A DNA stretch of 61,622 nt, the filler included, from Vezdaea acicularis (Eukaryota), in the NCBI GenBank assembly GCA_026025075.1. It is 3 parts of 3 records of this genome, joined end to end, with 100 filler letters (N's around TTAATTAATTAA, not from the genome) between each part and the next. Parts side by side here need not be neighbours in the genome. Positions count along the whole stretch, not along the records: positions 1 to 20,561 come from JAPEUI010000196.1; 2 more parts are not named here. One strand, given 5' to 3'. Below are positions 1 to 11,000 of the stretch, piece after piece. The notes under the pieces were generated by a model that worked only from the letters and a program-made list of their open reading frames with translations, searched no databases and was not told the DNA's origin. Every line of letters starts with the position of its first letter. Position 1 is the first letter of the stretch. Made by a program: the position numbers and the translations under genes.

Positions 1-1
1 C

Positions 2-652
2 GAAGTACCGAGGTGGCTGCTAGAAGCTCCTCTCGGCTTCACTGAGCTGCTACTAGATGGATCGTTGGACGTATTGTCTCAGGCTCGTCGTGTAGAAATC
101 GCTGGACACATCCGCTTCCTTGACCTCTTCCCAATCCGTACGACAATAGCCCACTTAGCCGGCTGTTTTGGTCTGATCGCACTTTTTGAATATCGAGGCG
201 ATCGAGAAACCTGGTCAGTCGATATTTGTGCGAAGGACTCCGAAGGGAAGACCGCACTGTGGTACGCATGCCTTCATGGCCACCTGAATGCAGTGGAATG
301 GCTACTTCGCCGGCCGGAGGTGAGGAAGGCTGTCCTAGATGACGGAGCTCAGGGTGCTCTGTTTGTTGCGGAACTCAAAGGTCATCACGACATCGTGCGA
401 GCTCTTCGACAGGTGTGTGGCTCTGAAGTTGCGACAGGTTTCATGGCTGGTTTCGGCGCAACTCCGCTATTCCTAGCAAGCGTGCAGCATCATGCTAAGA
501 TGGTTGACAAGATCATGGAAGAAGTGCCAAGGGAGATGCTGCTAGAGGACTTTGAGCTCATGAGAGCATACGCAGCTGAAAATAGCGACGAGCCGGCATT
601 TGAATATACAATCATGGAAGTATTTAGAGAGCGGTTTCAACTAGTAGTATAA
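2..652 (+). CDS. Ankyrin-repeat protein, 3' part (starts left of the window)
   Basis: The frame is open from position 2 to TAA at 652. ANK motifs: DSEGKTALWYACLHGHLNAVEWLL, ALFVAELKGHHDIVRAL, GATPLFLASVQHHAKMVDKI. Confidence 0.7.
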   Translation, partial: EVPRWLLEAPLGFTELLLDGSLDVLSQARRVEIAGHIRFLDLFPIRTTIAHLAGCFGLIALFEYRGDRETWSVDICAKDSEGKTALWYACLHGHLNAVEWLLRRPEVRKAVLDDGAQGALFVAELKGHHDIVRALRQVCGSEVATGFMAGFGATPLFLASVQHHAKMVDKIMEEVPREMLLEDFELMRAYAAENSDEPAFEYTIMEVFRERFQLVV

Positions 653-1356
653 GACTTCCAAATTGAGTGGTGATGGTTATCATCGTAACTCTTCTCATTG
701 TGCATCATAGATATCCATTTGCGGTATAGGGCGGTAGAATGTGAGTTCCTATTCGTCCGCACTCTTTGAGCACTTTACTACTTTTAAAGCTACTATAGCA
801 GCGCAGGCTGCATTGCGACGGTAACGCCTCTTTTTGTCGATCTTAAACTAGTCAGTGTCAAGTCGCAGGTAATTCTGGTAGAGAAACATAGAGCGTTACA
901 CAATAAAGGACGTACAGTATACAGCCTCACATCTGCGCGAGCGCAGACGCATGATGAACAGAAATAGTAGCCTTTTCTGTTATTGGCTGCTATGTTGACC
1001 AGTACAATACGAGAAAACCCCTGAGCATACCTCTGTTTGATGACCCTATGTGGCGGGCAATGAGATGCGGCACAGATAGGTACAGCCCCATGTCCACCTG
1101 GTCTTGGCTATTTTTGTCACTCTGCGCACCTTGCCATGGATTGGCTTCCCAGCTGTGTCTCGCAAGGCTGAACTAGTCTTCAACTGGTTAGTGATGTGGA
1201 GATTTATAAACCTCTTATTTCCCCGACGGAATGAAGTGCAATATCAAGAATAAAGACAGTCTTGAATCTATCTCCAAGTTCTCCTCAAAGTGTAAAACAT
1301 TTGCATCAGGAGCGCTCATTTTTCCAACAATCAACATTAGTCCAAGGCCCGTCAAA

Positions 1357-2004
1357 ATGGGTAACGCCCCTCCTGCTTCTCGCTTGGCCGTACGAAGTGT
1401 GGCCCTCGACAGCTTCGGTGTCGCCGTATCCACAATCTTCTCTGTTCTGATGCCGTGGATGACAGTGTCTGCTACAATGAACCTAGGGTTTCTTATAGAG
1501 GATATATCCAAGCTCAGGAAACTCCGCGACGCGCTCAAAGCGCAGAACCTCCACTTTCGCAAGCGCGATATCGCACGCGCCATCACAGAAGCGGCCCTGA
1601 TCAAGGGCATCATGACCATTGTGACGCTCGGCCACGACGACGTGCTCGCTCTCTCGCACGCTGTTGCCGCCCAGCTGCTCGACCATGGCGTCTCCACAGG
1701 CAGCCACCTTGCGGCTTTTGACCAGATGGATGCCAGCAGGACGGCTGGCGACATCTTGAGCGTCTCGACGGCTCTCCCAAGTTACCCGACCGAGACTTTA
1801 CAAACCACCTTAGGCTTACAGACTGCTGCCGATGTTACTGTATCGGGATCTGGCTGGGGTGTCAGCGGGCCGGCGATTGGGCAACAGATTGCCGTGGTCG
1901 GACCAGTGCAGGCAGCTACTGAGAGGGTCGTGGATTTGGCTTCGAGGCCCGTCATTCAGCAGATGGATTCTCGCGCACAGAAGCAGTCGAATGGAAGGCG
2001 ATAG
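1357..2004 (+). CDS. Hypothetical ~215-aa protein (MGN N-terminus, hydrophobic segment then basic helix)
   Basis: Long intronless ORF. The ATG at 1357 has strong context (caaaATGG) and codon usage looks coding after it; the upstream ATG at 1231 is a weaker candidate. Confidence 0.55.
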   Translation: MGNAPPASRLAVRSVALDSFGVAVSTIFSVLMPWMTVSATMNLGFLIEDISKLRKLRDALKAQNLHFRKRDIARAITEAALIKGIMTIVTLGHDDVLALSHAVAAQLLDHGVSTGSHLAAFDQMDASRTAGDILSVSTALPSYPTETLQTTLGLQTAADVTVSGSGWGVSGPAIGQQIAVVGPVQAATERVVDLASRPVIQQMDSRAQKQSNGRR

Positions 2005-2471
2005 AAGGGCAAACTGGAGCTGGAAGCATTGGAGACCCAGCAAAGTCGCTGGAAGTGATTGTCTCGGGGCTTTCCCATGGTTCATATCTATCAAGAGAAA
2101 ACGAAATCAAAAAATAACTACGATGACGGTTTGGCGTCTCCTGGGTTTTCATGCCTATAATGGCAATGTATCCATCACTCTGCTCGTCCGCGGATTTGAC
2201 TGGCAGGTTAAATCCGCAGTTTCTTCGATCTACGCCCCAATACTCCGATCTGCCCGTCCTTTGCATGCATATCCCTTCTGACTCTTGCATGGCCTTTATC
2301 ATCAAGGGGTGCGTATCTAGATGCTGGCCCATTTTTGATCTAATTCGAATGAGTAATGCAGGAATGATTGAAGGGGTTGATAGGGGGGATGCAGCCTCGC
2401 TTCGGCAAGGTGAACTTTTTTTTGTCGCCGGCGTGCTAGGCAACCAGTAATGGCTCCCTACAAGCATAAAT

Positions 2472-2537
2472 TGTACCTACTTTCCCCCCCCCCCTCCTCC
2501 CCTGCTGCCCCTTGGGGGGGGGGGGGAAAATGGTGCA
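2472..2537. repeat. Homopolymer hairpin TTT-C11...G13-AAAA with imperfect flanking stem
   Basis: C run at 2484-2494 and G run at 2514-2526, flanked by TGTACC..TTT and AAA..GGTGCA. Confidence 0.75.
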
Positions 2538-2590
2538 TATATTAAGCTTAGTGCTTACTATTATTAGCCTCTTCTAACCTACCGCCAAAT

Positions 2591-2862
2591 CGAAGCGGTT
2601 GACAAAATTGATGGCGCATAAGCGAACAGTGGGTATGTTTACCCATCGGCGTGCGTTACTCTTAGCATTTCCCAGATCGTTGGCAATCCATAACAATTAC
2701 TCTTAGTATGAGCTTGATAGTATCACGTCTTGGTTTTCTTTGAGGTATCATGCTCTGGGCTATGCGTACGACCTGTTCAGGCCGTTTGGGGCCTTCAAGC
2801 GTCTAGCATTTGGCTACTGGGGAGCCTTCGCTTATGCGCCATCAATTTTGTCAACCGCTTCG
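2591..2862. repeat. Perfect 36-bp inverted repeat flanking a 200-bp spacer
   Basis: 2591-2626 CGAAGCGGTTGACAAAATTGATGGCGCATAAGCGAA is the exact reverse complement of 2827-2862 TTCGCTTATGCGCCATCAATTTTGTCAACCGCTTCG. Confidence 0.95.
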
Positions 2863-3194
2863 TTAGTTTCTCTGCATTCTATCCGCGACCAATTCCGCTC
2901 GCCCTCCCAAACATAGCTCCCCTCCCAATTTCAGGAAACCGAAAGTCGAAAGTCGCAAAGGACTGACCTCAACAATTGACGGCCACCATCAACACCGGCT
3001 GCCAGCGACCGCTCACGAGCTGTCATGGCTAGGCACCTGATCTATAAGATGCCTGCTCTTCCCTGGCGGTGTCGGTGTCGTCGTGGTCATTACCATCCTC
3101 CCCGACATCGACCTCTCTGTCTGCTCCTGCCGCGGCCCTTCTGACCAACGATCTCGTTCATTTGCTTGCTCTGTGCTAGCTCAATCATTCGGGG

Positions 3195-5951
3195 ATGGAA
3201 AGTCCTGATCGACCTCACTGGACAGTATCGGTTCATCCCGAAGATACTCTGGCAAGACTGGAAGAGTTCAAAAAGAGCGATTGGATTCCGCCCAACTGGA
3301 AACCAAATACAATAAGGGGAATCCAGATGGTCGAGAAATACTGGAAGAGGTACGTAAATCATGACCACTACTGGGTGATCATAACGAGGAGGTTCTGGTC
3401 TAATCCTCTGTCTCGTAGATACTGCCATCACATCAAGAGGGACCCTCTAGAACACCTTCGCGAGTGTCAAGCACCACAGTTTGAGAAAATTTATTGATTG
3501 GATGCTGCGTACATCTAAAGAGAAGACGAAGCAGACGATTGTTATGTACTGGAAGTGTTTGTGTGGGTATTATACTTTCTACAGGAAAATGTCTGTCGAC
3601 ACTTATACGTTGAGTCAATTGAGGCGGGTAAGATCCAAGTCTTCTCAGCCTGGACTGTGACATATGGAAATGAGGCTGACTGGATTGCTCTTAACTAGTA
3701 CATCAACGGACGCATGTTAAAGGATTACAAGGTCGGCCTTCATACCAAACGGAAAGACACCTTATCCCCTGATGACTTGGGTATCCTCCTCAAGACGCAT
3801 TGGGTCTATGACACAACAGTCCATCCTCACGAACGCCAACGGGTAGACCTCAGTGCGCTTGACCTTTTTGCTTACATTACTGGCTCACGGCCTGGAGCAC
3901 TCCTCTCTCAATACGACTCAACGAAGAAGACTTCAACGGACGAGAGTTCATTGTTCGGGGACGAGTAAGTCTTGAATAATCATCTTGAGGACGACCCTTC
4001 GAAATGTGATCTTTCTTCTGGCGGTTCGTGTACACCAACATCCTCCACCTATCCAGAACCTGCTCCAGGGGACAATCTACTCGAAAGCCCTGATATGACG
4101 AGCGATCTCCCGGATCGCCTTGGATCAGTTGGGCGTGAGACAATCTGTTATGGCGACATCGAGCTTTTTATCCTCCGGAATCCTGAGAAGGGAGAACGCA
4201 ATGTTATTATCGCCACAGTTAACTTCAGAAACCTCAAGGGAAGACCTGAGGGCGCTAATGGGTACGTATAAGCATCCATTGATTCATTTCTATTTCACTC
4301 GCTGATTATCCCAACCAGCACAAGATTTTTCATGCATTCGGACAATCAGCAGGTCTATTGCTCAATCACATACATCCTAGCTCTAGCATATGCAGACAAT
4401 GCTTTCGAATCGAACGAAATTACATCGGGACTCGTTCTTGGGCTGAAGGTCCCGAAGCGCCTACACACACTTCCCATTCCATGGAAGGAGGAAATGAAGG
4501 ATGTACCGATTTTCCGGCGAATGCGTCGATCAGCATCAGGGATCGATGTCCATCCCACCTTGCCGATGACCTATCGCACTGGCAACAACGCCCTCCAGCG
4601 CTTGGGCGAGGTTGCAGGCTATCGGCATTCCATCTAGTACTATTGCTTCAGGCGATGGACAGCCAACACTGCAAATAGTAAGCCGATTTTTTCGATTACT
4701 CTCCGTCCTCTATATCTTGGGCGTGGCAAGCCTGATAACTGACGGTTATCGTTAGAGATCGTCATTGATGCGATGAGGAATCGAATCCTTGGACAATCTA
4801 GTTCCGCGGTATATGAGAAGTACTACCACGACAACTTCATCAACTGTGACATCCAGAGCATGGTTCTCCTTCGACCATCGCAGAACCATCTCATTCAAGC
4901 AGCTTCTCAAATGAACAAGGATCGAGATCCTTTAGCTCCCACGGGCCTCAACGACGCACACCGCGAAGAGATTCGCAATACCAAATATCTCTGTCGACTT
5001 CGCTTAGAGAGAAATGCTCTGTCGATTGAGATTAAGAGCAAGTACGGATCAATTTCCAAAGCCAAACACACCGAAATATGGCAGCAGCGTTCTCAGAAAG
5101 GGAAGCAAATAGATAAGATCAGAGCAGCCTACCGACGTGAAAAGCTCGAAGCGGTCAAGGATGACTATCATAAGCAGATGCCAACCATGGAGATTGAGAA
5201 ACAGCTCGAACGAATGGCACGGAAAAAGCTCGATGCAGAAGACAGAAAGCTGGATCAAGACGACAGCGACAGTGACGATGACGATGACAATGATGACAAT
5301 GATGAGGGATGGGAGCCCCCAATTCCCGATTATCGATTCCTAGAGCGCTCACGGCTTGCTGAAGCATTCTTCGGACCTGACGCAGAGACGATGACCGGAG
5401 CTGCGGCACTTGCTCGACGGATCCAAGTCATCAATGATCTGGCTGCGCTTTGCAAGCTCCGCAAGCCACCTTGCAGACAAAAGCCATTCAATTGGAACAA
5501 GGCCGACCCCGAGACCAAAAGCGGTACTGACAAGACCGGCAAGATGGACGTAGACGGAGGGTAAGACGAATCTGAGAAGTCAATCCTGCTTCATATTCTT
5601 TGCGATCAGTGCATATTCTGCCTTTGCAAAGATGGCTTCAACAATGATGAGCGGTTTGCACGGACTGACTCGACCTGGCGCCACGTTGAGTCTCAGCATC
5701 TCACCAAAATCTCAGCTTCTAATCCACACGCCTGTCCGCATCCCTCCTGTAGAACAGTCGATCCATTCTGCGAGCTCAATGTCTTACTCAATCATTTCGC
5801 ACGAGTTCATCTATACTGCAAGGACAAGTACAGCTTGAGAAGATGTTCCCGCAGCGATTATGCTGCCTTGGATCGAGGAGGCAGGAGTATCAAAGAGAAA
5901 GAGCTCGATCATGGGAGTCATCATACATTCCGCCTTATTTCGGATAGGTAG
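3195..5951 (+). pseudogene. DUF3435 tyrosine recombinase (Starship captain-like) with C-terminal C2H2-type fingers, disrupted
   Basis: Motifs: HERQRVDLSALDLFAYITGSRPGALL, ETICYGDIELFILRNP, YILALAYADNAF, DVPIFRR, LQRLGEVAGY..YCFRRWTAN, RNRILGQSSSAVYEKYY, RDPLAPTGL, then CIFC..RHVESQH..CPHPSC..HFARVH. Introns at 3350-3418, 3628-3698, 4262-4318 and 4678-4755. Lesions: +1 frameshift in the A-run 3486-3489 and in-frame stops at 3966, 4635 and 5562. Confidence 0.88.
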
Positions 5952-6478
5952 ACTGTCATTTGGAGTTATTTGTGAGACACAACGTCTCTAATCGAAGCAT
6001 TAATTGTGTACATTAGCATTACTGGCTGCACAGCTAGTCTAGACTGGGCCGGCCCAAATACAATATCATATTCTCAGGGTGAGCTCATAGAAGGCCGTGA
6101 CGAGTCCATGTGGTCAAAATAGTAATCCACAGATGACTGCAAATGGTGAATCTCTCTTCCAAAGGACTTCTCGCAGATGCAGGAATCTTCCGGTTGCACA
6201 GCCCTGCTTTTTCATTCGCTGCCCTCCGTTTCAAGCCCCCTTCTGTTATGAGCTTGACCCTCTGTTTCGTGATAACCCCGCTTCCTTAGCTCACCAGAGG
6301 TCTATGACGGACCTTCGATCGAACTGCTGGAAGGAAATAATACGGACGAAAGGCTCGTATTGCTGCTCAAGGTGCGAGTCGTACCCTGCCTGTGGGACAG
6401 CAGCCGCTGAGCTCAGTCTGCTTTAGCGCTGTCATAGCCAATTCTTGCCTATATCTAGTCCCTCATGGGCAAAAATAG

Positions 6479-6585
6479 ATCCCGTACGGGATGATTGAAG
6501 GCTCCGATGGGACCTTACGGGATGGCTGAACTCTTCAGTCATCCCGTACGGGGAAGAAGAAGTCTTCGATCATCCCATACGGGAA
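6479..6585. repeat. 31-bp-period tandem array of palindromes (ATCCCGTACGGGAT core), about 3.5 units
   Basis: Cores start at 6479, 6510, 6541 and 6572: atcccgtacgggat, ggaccttacgggat, atcccgtacgggga, atcccatacgggaa. Confidence 0.85.
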
Positions 6586-6704
6586 AGCCAGATCCTCCCC
6601 TTCTGCCACACAGGACTTCAGAGTGATCCTCTATGGCCGCATGGGCAGAACGAATCCCTCGTCCATCCCATCTGGATTAATCGAATCATTCAATCGAAAA
6701 ACGC

Positions 6705-7104
6705 ATGACGTCTCGTGAGTTGCAGCACTACGATTGATCTATAGAGGACGAACCTCCATGTGATATTATCACAGAGGACCACACTTTGCAGGAAGACCCT
6801 CTGGAGGTCGTGCTGATAGAAGCTCTGGCTCTACCAACACGCCATACAACAGTCCAGCCTTCACCAGCACCTCATACAGAGATCAGTGCTCTACCAGAAA
6901 AGCCTACGGAGGCTTCTCTTCTGGCATCAGGATATCTCTAAGCTACGCCCAGAGCAGAAAATCCTATGTAGGCTCAGTTTCCAGAGCCACTGCCCATAGA
7001 TTCTTTGGTGATAGGAGCATTACTTACAGAAGATCAGCGCCTAGAACACCAGCTCCTAGAAGATTGGCCCCTAGAAGCACTTTCTACCGAGGCTCATATG
7101 AGAA
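6705..7104 (+). pseudogene. Possible degraded Pro/Glu/Leu-rich ORF remnant
   Basis: From the ATG at 6705 one frame reads MTSRELQHYD*SIEDEPPCDIITEDHTLQEDPLEVVLIEALALP...GYL*ATPRAENPM*AQFPEPLPID... Its three stops (TGA, TAA, TAG) would each arise by C->T from CGA, CAA and CAG. Confidence 0.35.
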
Positions 7105-7160
7105 TTGCGTATTGCGCTTTGCAACTTGCGTATTGTGTGTTGCAGCTTGCAGCTTGCACC
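7105..7160. repeat. 7-bp tandem repeat TTGCNNN x8
   Basis: TTGCGTA TTGCGCT TTGCAAC TTGCGTA TTGTGTG TTGCAGC TTGCAGC TTGCACC. Confidence 0.8.
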
Positions 7161-8070
7161 TCACGGCTTTGAGCTGTCTCTCCGGAGAGGCACCGCGGCC
7201 ACTTAAACTGATGGCAGGCCATCAAGTTTCGAGTAGAGATCACTTGTTGCGAGATCCGAGACGTAGGACGTCACCCTTCCTGGTGCCCCGGCGAGAACTA
7301 ATCTTGAGACGTCCCAGCAGAGTGACTCCAAATCTACCCAGAGCAGGGAGTCCCAGTCTAGATGATCCCAAGCCCATCATCTTGCACCGAAGAGCCGCCC
7401 AAAGAAAGCACCGATCCCTATTTTTGGCAGGCATCATGGTTGGCGCCATAGTCAGTATCTATTCTTGATAGGCTCGGTTTTAACCGGCTGGCGCCTACAT
7501 TTTTGGAGCCCTCATGGCCAATTCTGGTGAGCTCAGCTCTTCCCAAGAACGCATGGCCAAAGCCAGCAATCAACAATCATCCTCTTCATCCCAAGCAGCT
7601 TGACAAGTCTGGACGGCAGAAATTTGTAGATCCGTAGCCTTGACTGAATGTTTCCATGTGTAATGATGAGCTGCCAGCCCATTAAGGAATGCGAGGTCTC
7701 TTTAAGAAGATCCCCCCCCCCCCCTCCCCGTGAAGAAACTTCCATCACGTGATAAGTCAACACTCCCAATTCGATGGGCGACCATCAACCGATCGTCCTT
7801 CATCCACTACCATGAAGAACCTTGACTTTTAAACGTCAAGCAAGCGGGTCTTCCACTTCGAGCATCAATTTCTATTGTGACGGATGGGACAATCTGAAAT
7901 CATCATTGGTAATCATTGCTTACATACCTAGAAGGCAAATGAATTGAATTGAATTGGTCATACAGAAGGCAAATGAGAGAGACGTGCTGCTGACAAATAG
8001 GCAAAGAGGAAGAAGCTTGAAAATATAAAAGGCGTTCAAGTGTCATGGTGGTGGGTGGGCCGGCGGAGTT

Positions 8071-11000
8071 TTATCTTCCACTGTGAGACTGGTCTTTCAG
8101 CAGCTGCACCACGGCCTCGTGCCCTCTCACAGCTGCCCGGATCAGAGCCGTCAATCCATAGCTGTCCTTGGCCTCGAGGTCGGCCTTTTTTTCGAGCAGC
8201 AGCCGCACCACGGCCTCGTGCCCTCCAGCAGCTGCCTCGATCAGAGCCGTCGATCCACCGCTGGCCTTGGCCTCGAGGTCGGCCTTTTTCTCGAGCAGCA
8301 GCCGCACCACGGCCTCGTGCCCTCCCGCAGCTGCCCCGATCAGAGCCGTCGATCCATAGCTGGCCCTGGCCTCGAGGTCGGCCCCTTTCTCGAGCAGCAG
8401 CCGCACCACGGCCTCGTGCCCTCCCGCAGCTGCCCCGATCAGAGCCGTCAATCCATAGCTGTCCCTGGCCTCGAGGTCGGCCTTTTTCTCGAGCAGCAGC
8501 CGCACCACGGCCTCGTGCCCTCCCGCAGCTGCCCCGATCAGAGCCGTCGATCCACCGCTGTTCTTGGTCTTGGCCTCGAGGTCGGCCCCTTTCTCGAGCA
8601 GCAGCCGCACCACGGCCTCGTGCCCTCCAGCAGCTGCCCCGATCAGAGCCGTCGATCCATAGCTGGCCCTGGCCTCGAGGTCGGCTCCTTTCTTGAGCAG
8701 CAGCCGCACCACGGCCTCGTGCCCTCTCTCAGCTGCCTCGGTCAGAGCCGTCGATCCATAGCTGGCCCTGGCCTCGAGGTCGGCCCCTTTCTCGAGCAGC
8801 AGCCGCACCACGGCCTCGTGCCCTCCCGCAGCTGCCCCGGTCAGAGCCGTCGATCCACCGCTGGCCTTGGCCTCGAGGTCGGCCTTTTTCTCGAGCAGCA
8901 GCCGCACCACGGCCTCGTGCCCTCTCGCAGCTGCCTCGGTCAGAGCCGTCGATCCATAGCTGGCCCTGGCCTCGACGTCGGCTCCTTTCTCGAGCAGCAG
9001 CCGCACCACGGCCTCGTGCCCTCCCGCAGCTGCCCCGATCAGAGCCGTCCATCCACCGCTGTTCTTGGTCTTGGCCTCGAGGTCGGCCCCTTTCTCGAGC
9101 AGCAGCCGCACCACGGCCTCGTGCCCTCCCGCAGCTGCCCCGGTCAGAGCCGTCCATCCATCGCTCACCTTGGCCTCGACGTCGGCTCCTTTCTCGAGCA
9201 GCAGCCGCACCACGGCCTCGTGCCCTCCCGCAGCTGCCCGGATCAGAGCCGTCCATCCATCGCTCACCTTGGCCTCGACGTCGGCTCCTTTCTCCAGCAG
9301 CAGCCGCACCACGGCCTCGTGCCCTCCAGCAGCTGCCCCGATCAGAGCCGTCGATCCATCGCTCACCTTGGCCTCGACGTCGGCTCCTTTCTCCAGCAGC
9401 AGCCGCACCACGACCTCGTGCCCTCCCGCAGCTGCCCGGATCAGAGCCGTCCATCCATCGCTCGCCTTGGCCTCGAGGTCGGCTCCTTTCTCGAGCAGCA
9501 GCCGCACCACGGCCTCGTGCCCTCCAGCAGCTGCCCGGATCAGAGCCGTCCATCCATAGCGGGTCTTGGCCTCGACGTCGGCTCCTTTCTCCAGCAGCAG
9601 CCGCACCACGGCCTCGTGCCCTCCCTCAGCTGCCCAGATCAGAGCCGTCGATCCATAGCTGTCCTTGGCCTCGAGGTCGGCCCCTTTCTCCAGCAGCAGC
9701 TCGGCCATGTATGTCAAACTAGAAGCTGCCGTGACATGTAATCCAGATACTGCTTTTGGAAACTGTTGACTGAATCCCGTGAATCGATACGGCCGAATTT
9801 GCGTAATCTGAACAGAGCAAGATAGCCTCAATGTGTCTTGAAGCAATTCTAATACGATCCTGTCGATTATGTATTCTATTTCTCCGCGCGTATGCTCACT
9901 CCAGTATCGAGCAGCGTATTCGAGCAAAGCGTTGTTGTTCAATCGAGTCTGTAATTCCGAATCTGTAGCGCAAGCTCCACTGGCAAAATCATCATAAAGA
10001 AGATACGTGACGCAAGCTGTTGCAATTTCCTTCTGGGCGTTTGGGTATCGATCTTGTTGAATGCTCTCAAAGTAGTCTTGAGTTGTATAATGGACAAGGC
10101 CGACTGTACTGCTCTTTGAGTCTATTGCGACGAGGCCTGCACAAACCGAAAGCAGCGTTTCTTCATTGACGATAGCATCTTTGTCTAGTCGGCTCGATCC
10201 AACTTCGACTGCGAGGGCATGTTGAAGCGCAGATACTGTCAATGAAGTCTTTGCGAGAGTAATCCAGTATATGGTCCTGATGGCAAGCCGCCGATCTTCG
10301 GGTTCCTGGGTGTCAATCCTCTCTAATGCTTTCTTGTATGCCTCGTCCAAACTAGTTGACAAGTCATTCAGAGCTTGGATGACTGTTTTTGGACTACTTT
10401 TCTTCGAGATTGAGTCCATGTGTAATCGAGCCAGCAGAAACCTAGAGTATAGTCAGAGCACTTTACCGCAATTTAGATAGCAGGCTATCAGATGAAAAGG
10501 CGGATATGTTTTAAATACGCACATTCCTTCGATTTTCTCAGGGACTTTTTCCTTGATCATTTCTATAATATCCGGGCGCTGCTTGATATTGCAGGCCAGG
10601 CGCCGTGACTGAGATATCCTTGAATCGATGTAGACTCGCACATCGTTAGGATTTGCGGTGACTACCAACTCTTGCACATCTGGAAAGCTTCTATCGATGC
10701 GTATGTGAGGTCGTGAAGTGAACATCAAAGATATGTTCTCGGGTAGCGCTCTTAAACTTTCCAGCAAGCCTTCTCGAGATCCGTTCTCTTCAGCGCATTC
10801 GTCCAGGGCGTCTATGACGATAAAAACGTTGGTAAAGCTTGAGACTGCTGATCGAAGTTCTTTTAAAAGCTCAACAACTGTTGGTCGAGTTTTTTTGGAT
10901 GAGTGCTGGTGGTGAAGACTCGCTAGATCATCCAAGATGAAAGCCTTTTGCGTGGCCAGCTGCCTCAGAAGACTCGAGATGAGATTGATGGAAGTCTGAT

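Noticed and set aside
5952..6470. Short ORF 6097-6426 downstream of the recombinase
   Set aside because: GTG start, no recognisable motif or splice model.
6479..6585. CRISPR-like appearance of the palindromic array
   Set aside because: Eukaryotic DNA, no cas genes, and the 17-bp linkers resemble each other rather than being unique spacers.
7200..7900. Short ORFs and poly-C tract before the NLR 3' end
   Set aside because: Possibly a decayed gene, but no frame gave an identifiable product.
8040..9741. Long antisense and alternative-frame ORFs (552, 274, 218 aa) with repeated peptides
   Set aside because: Shadows of the GC-rich 99-bp ankyrin repeats; a stop-free unit propagates through every copy.
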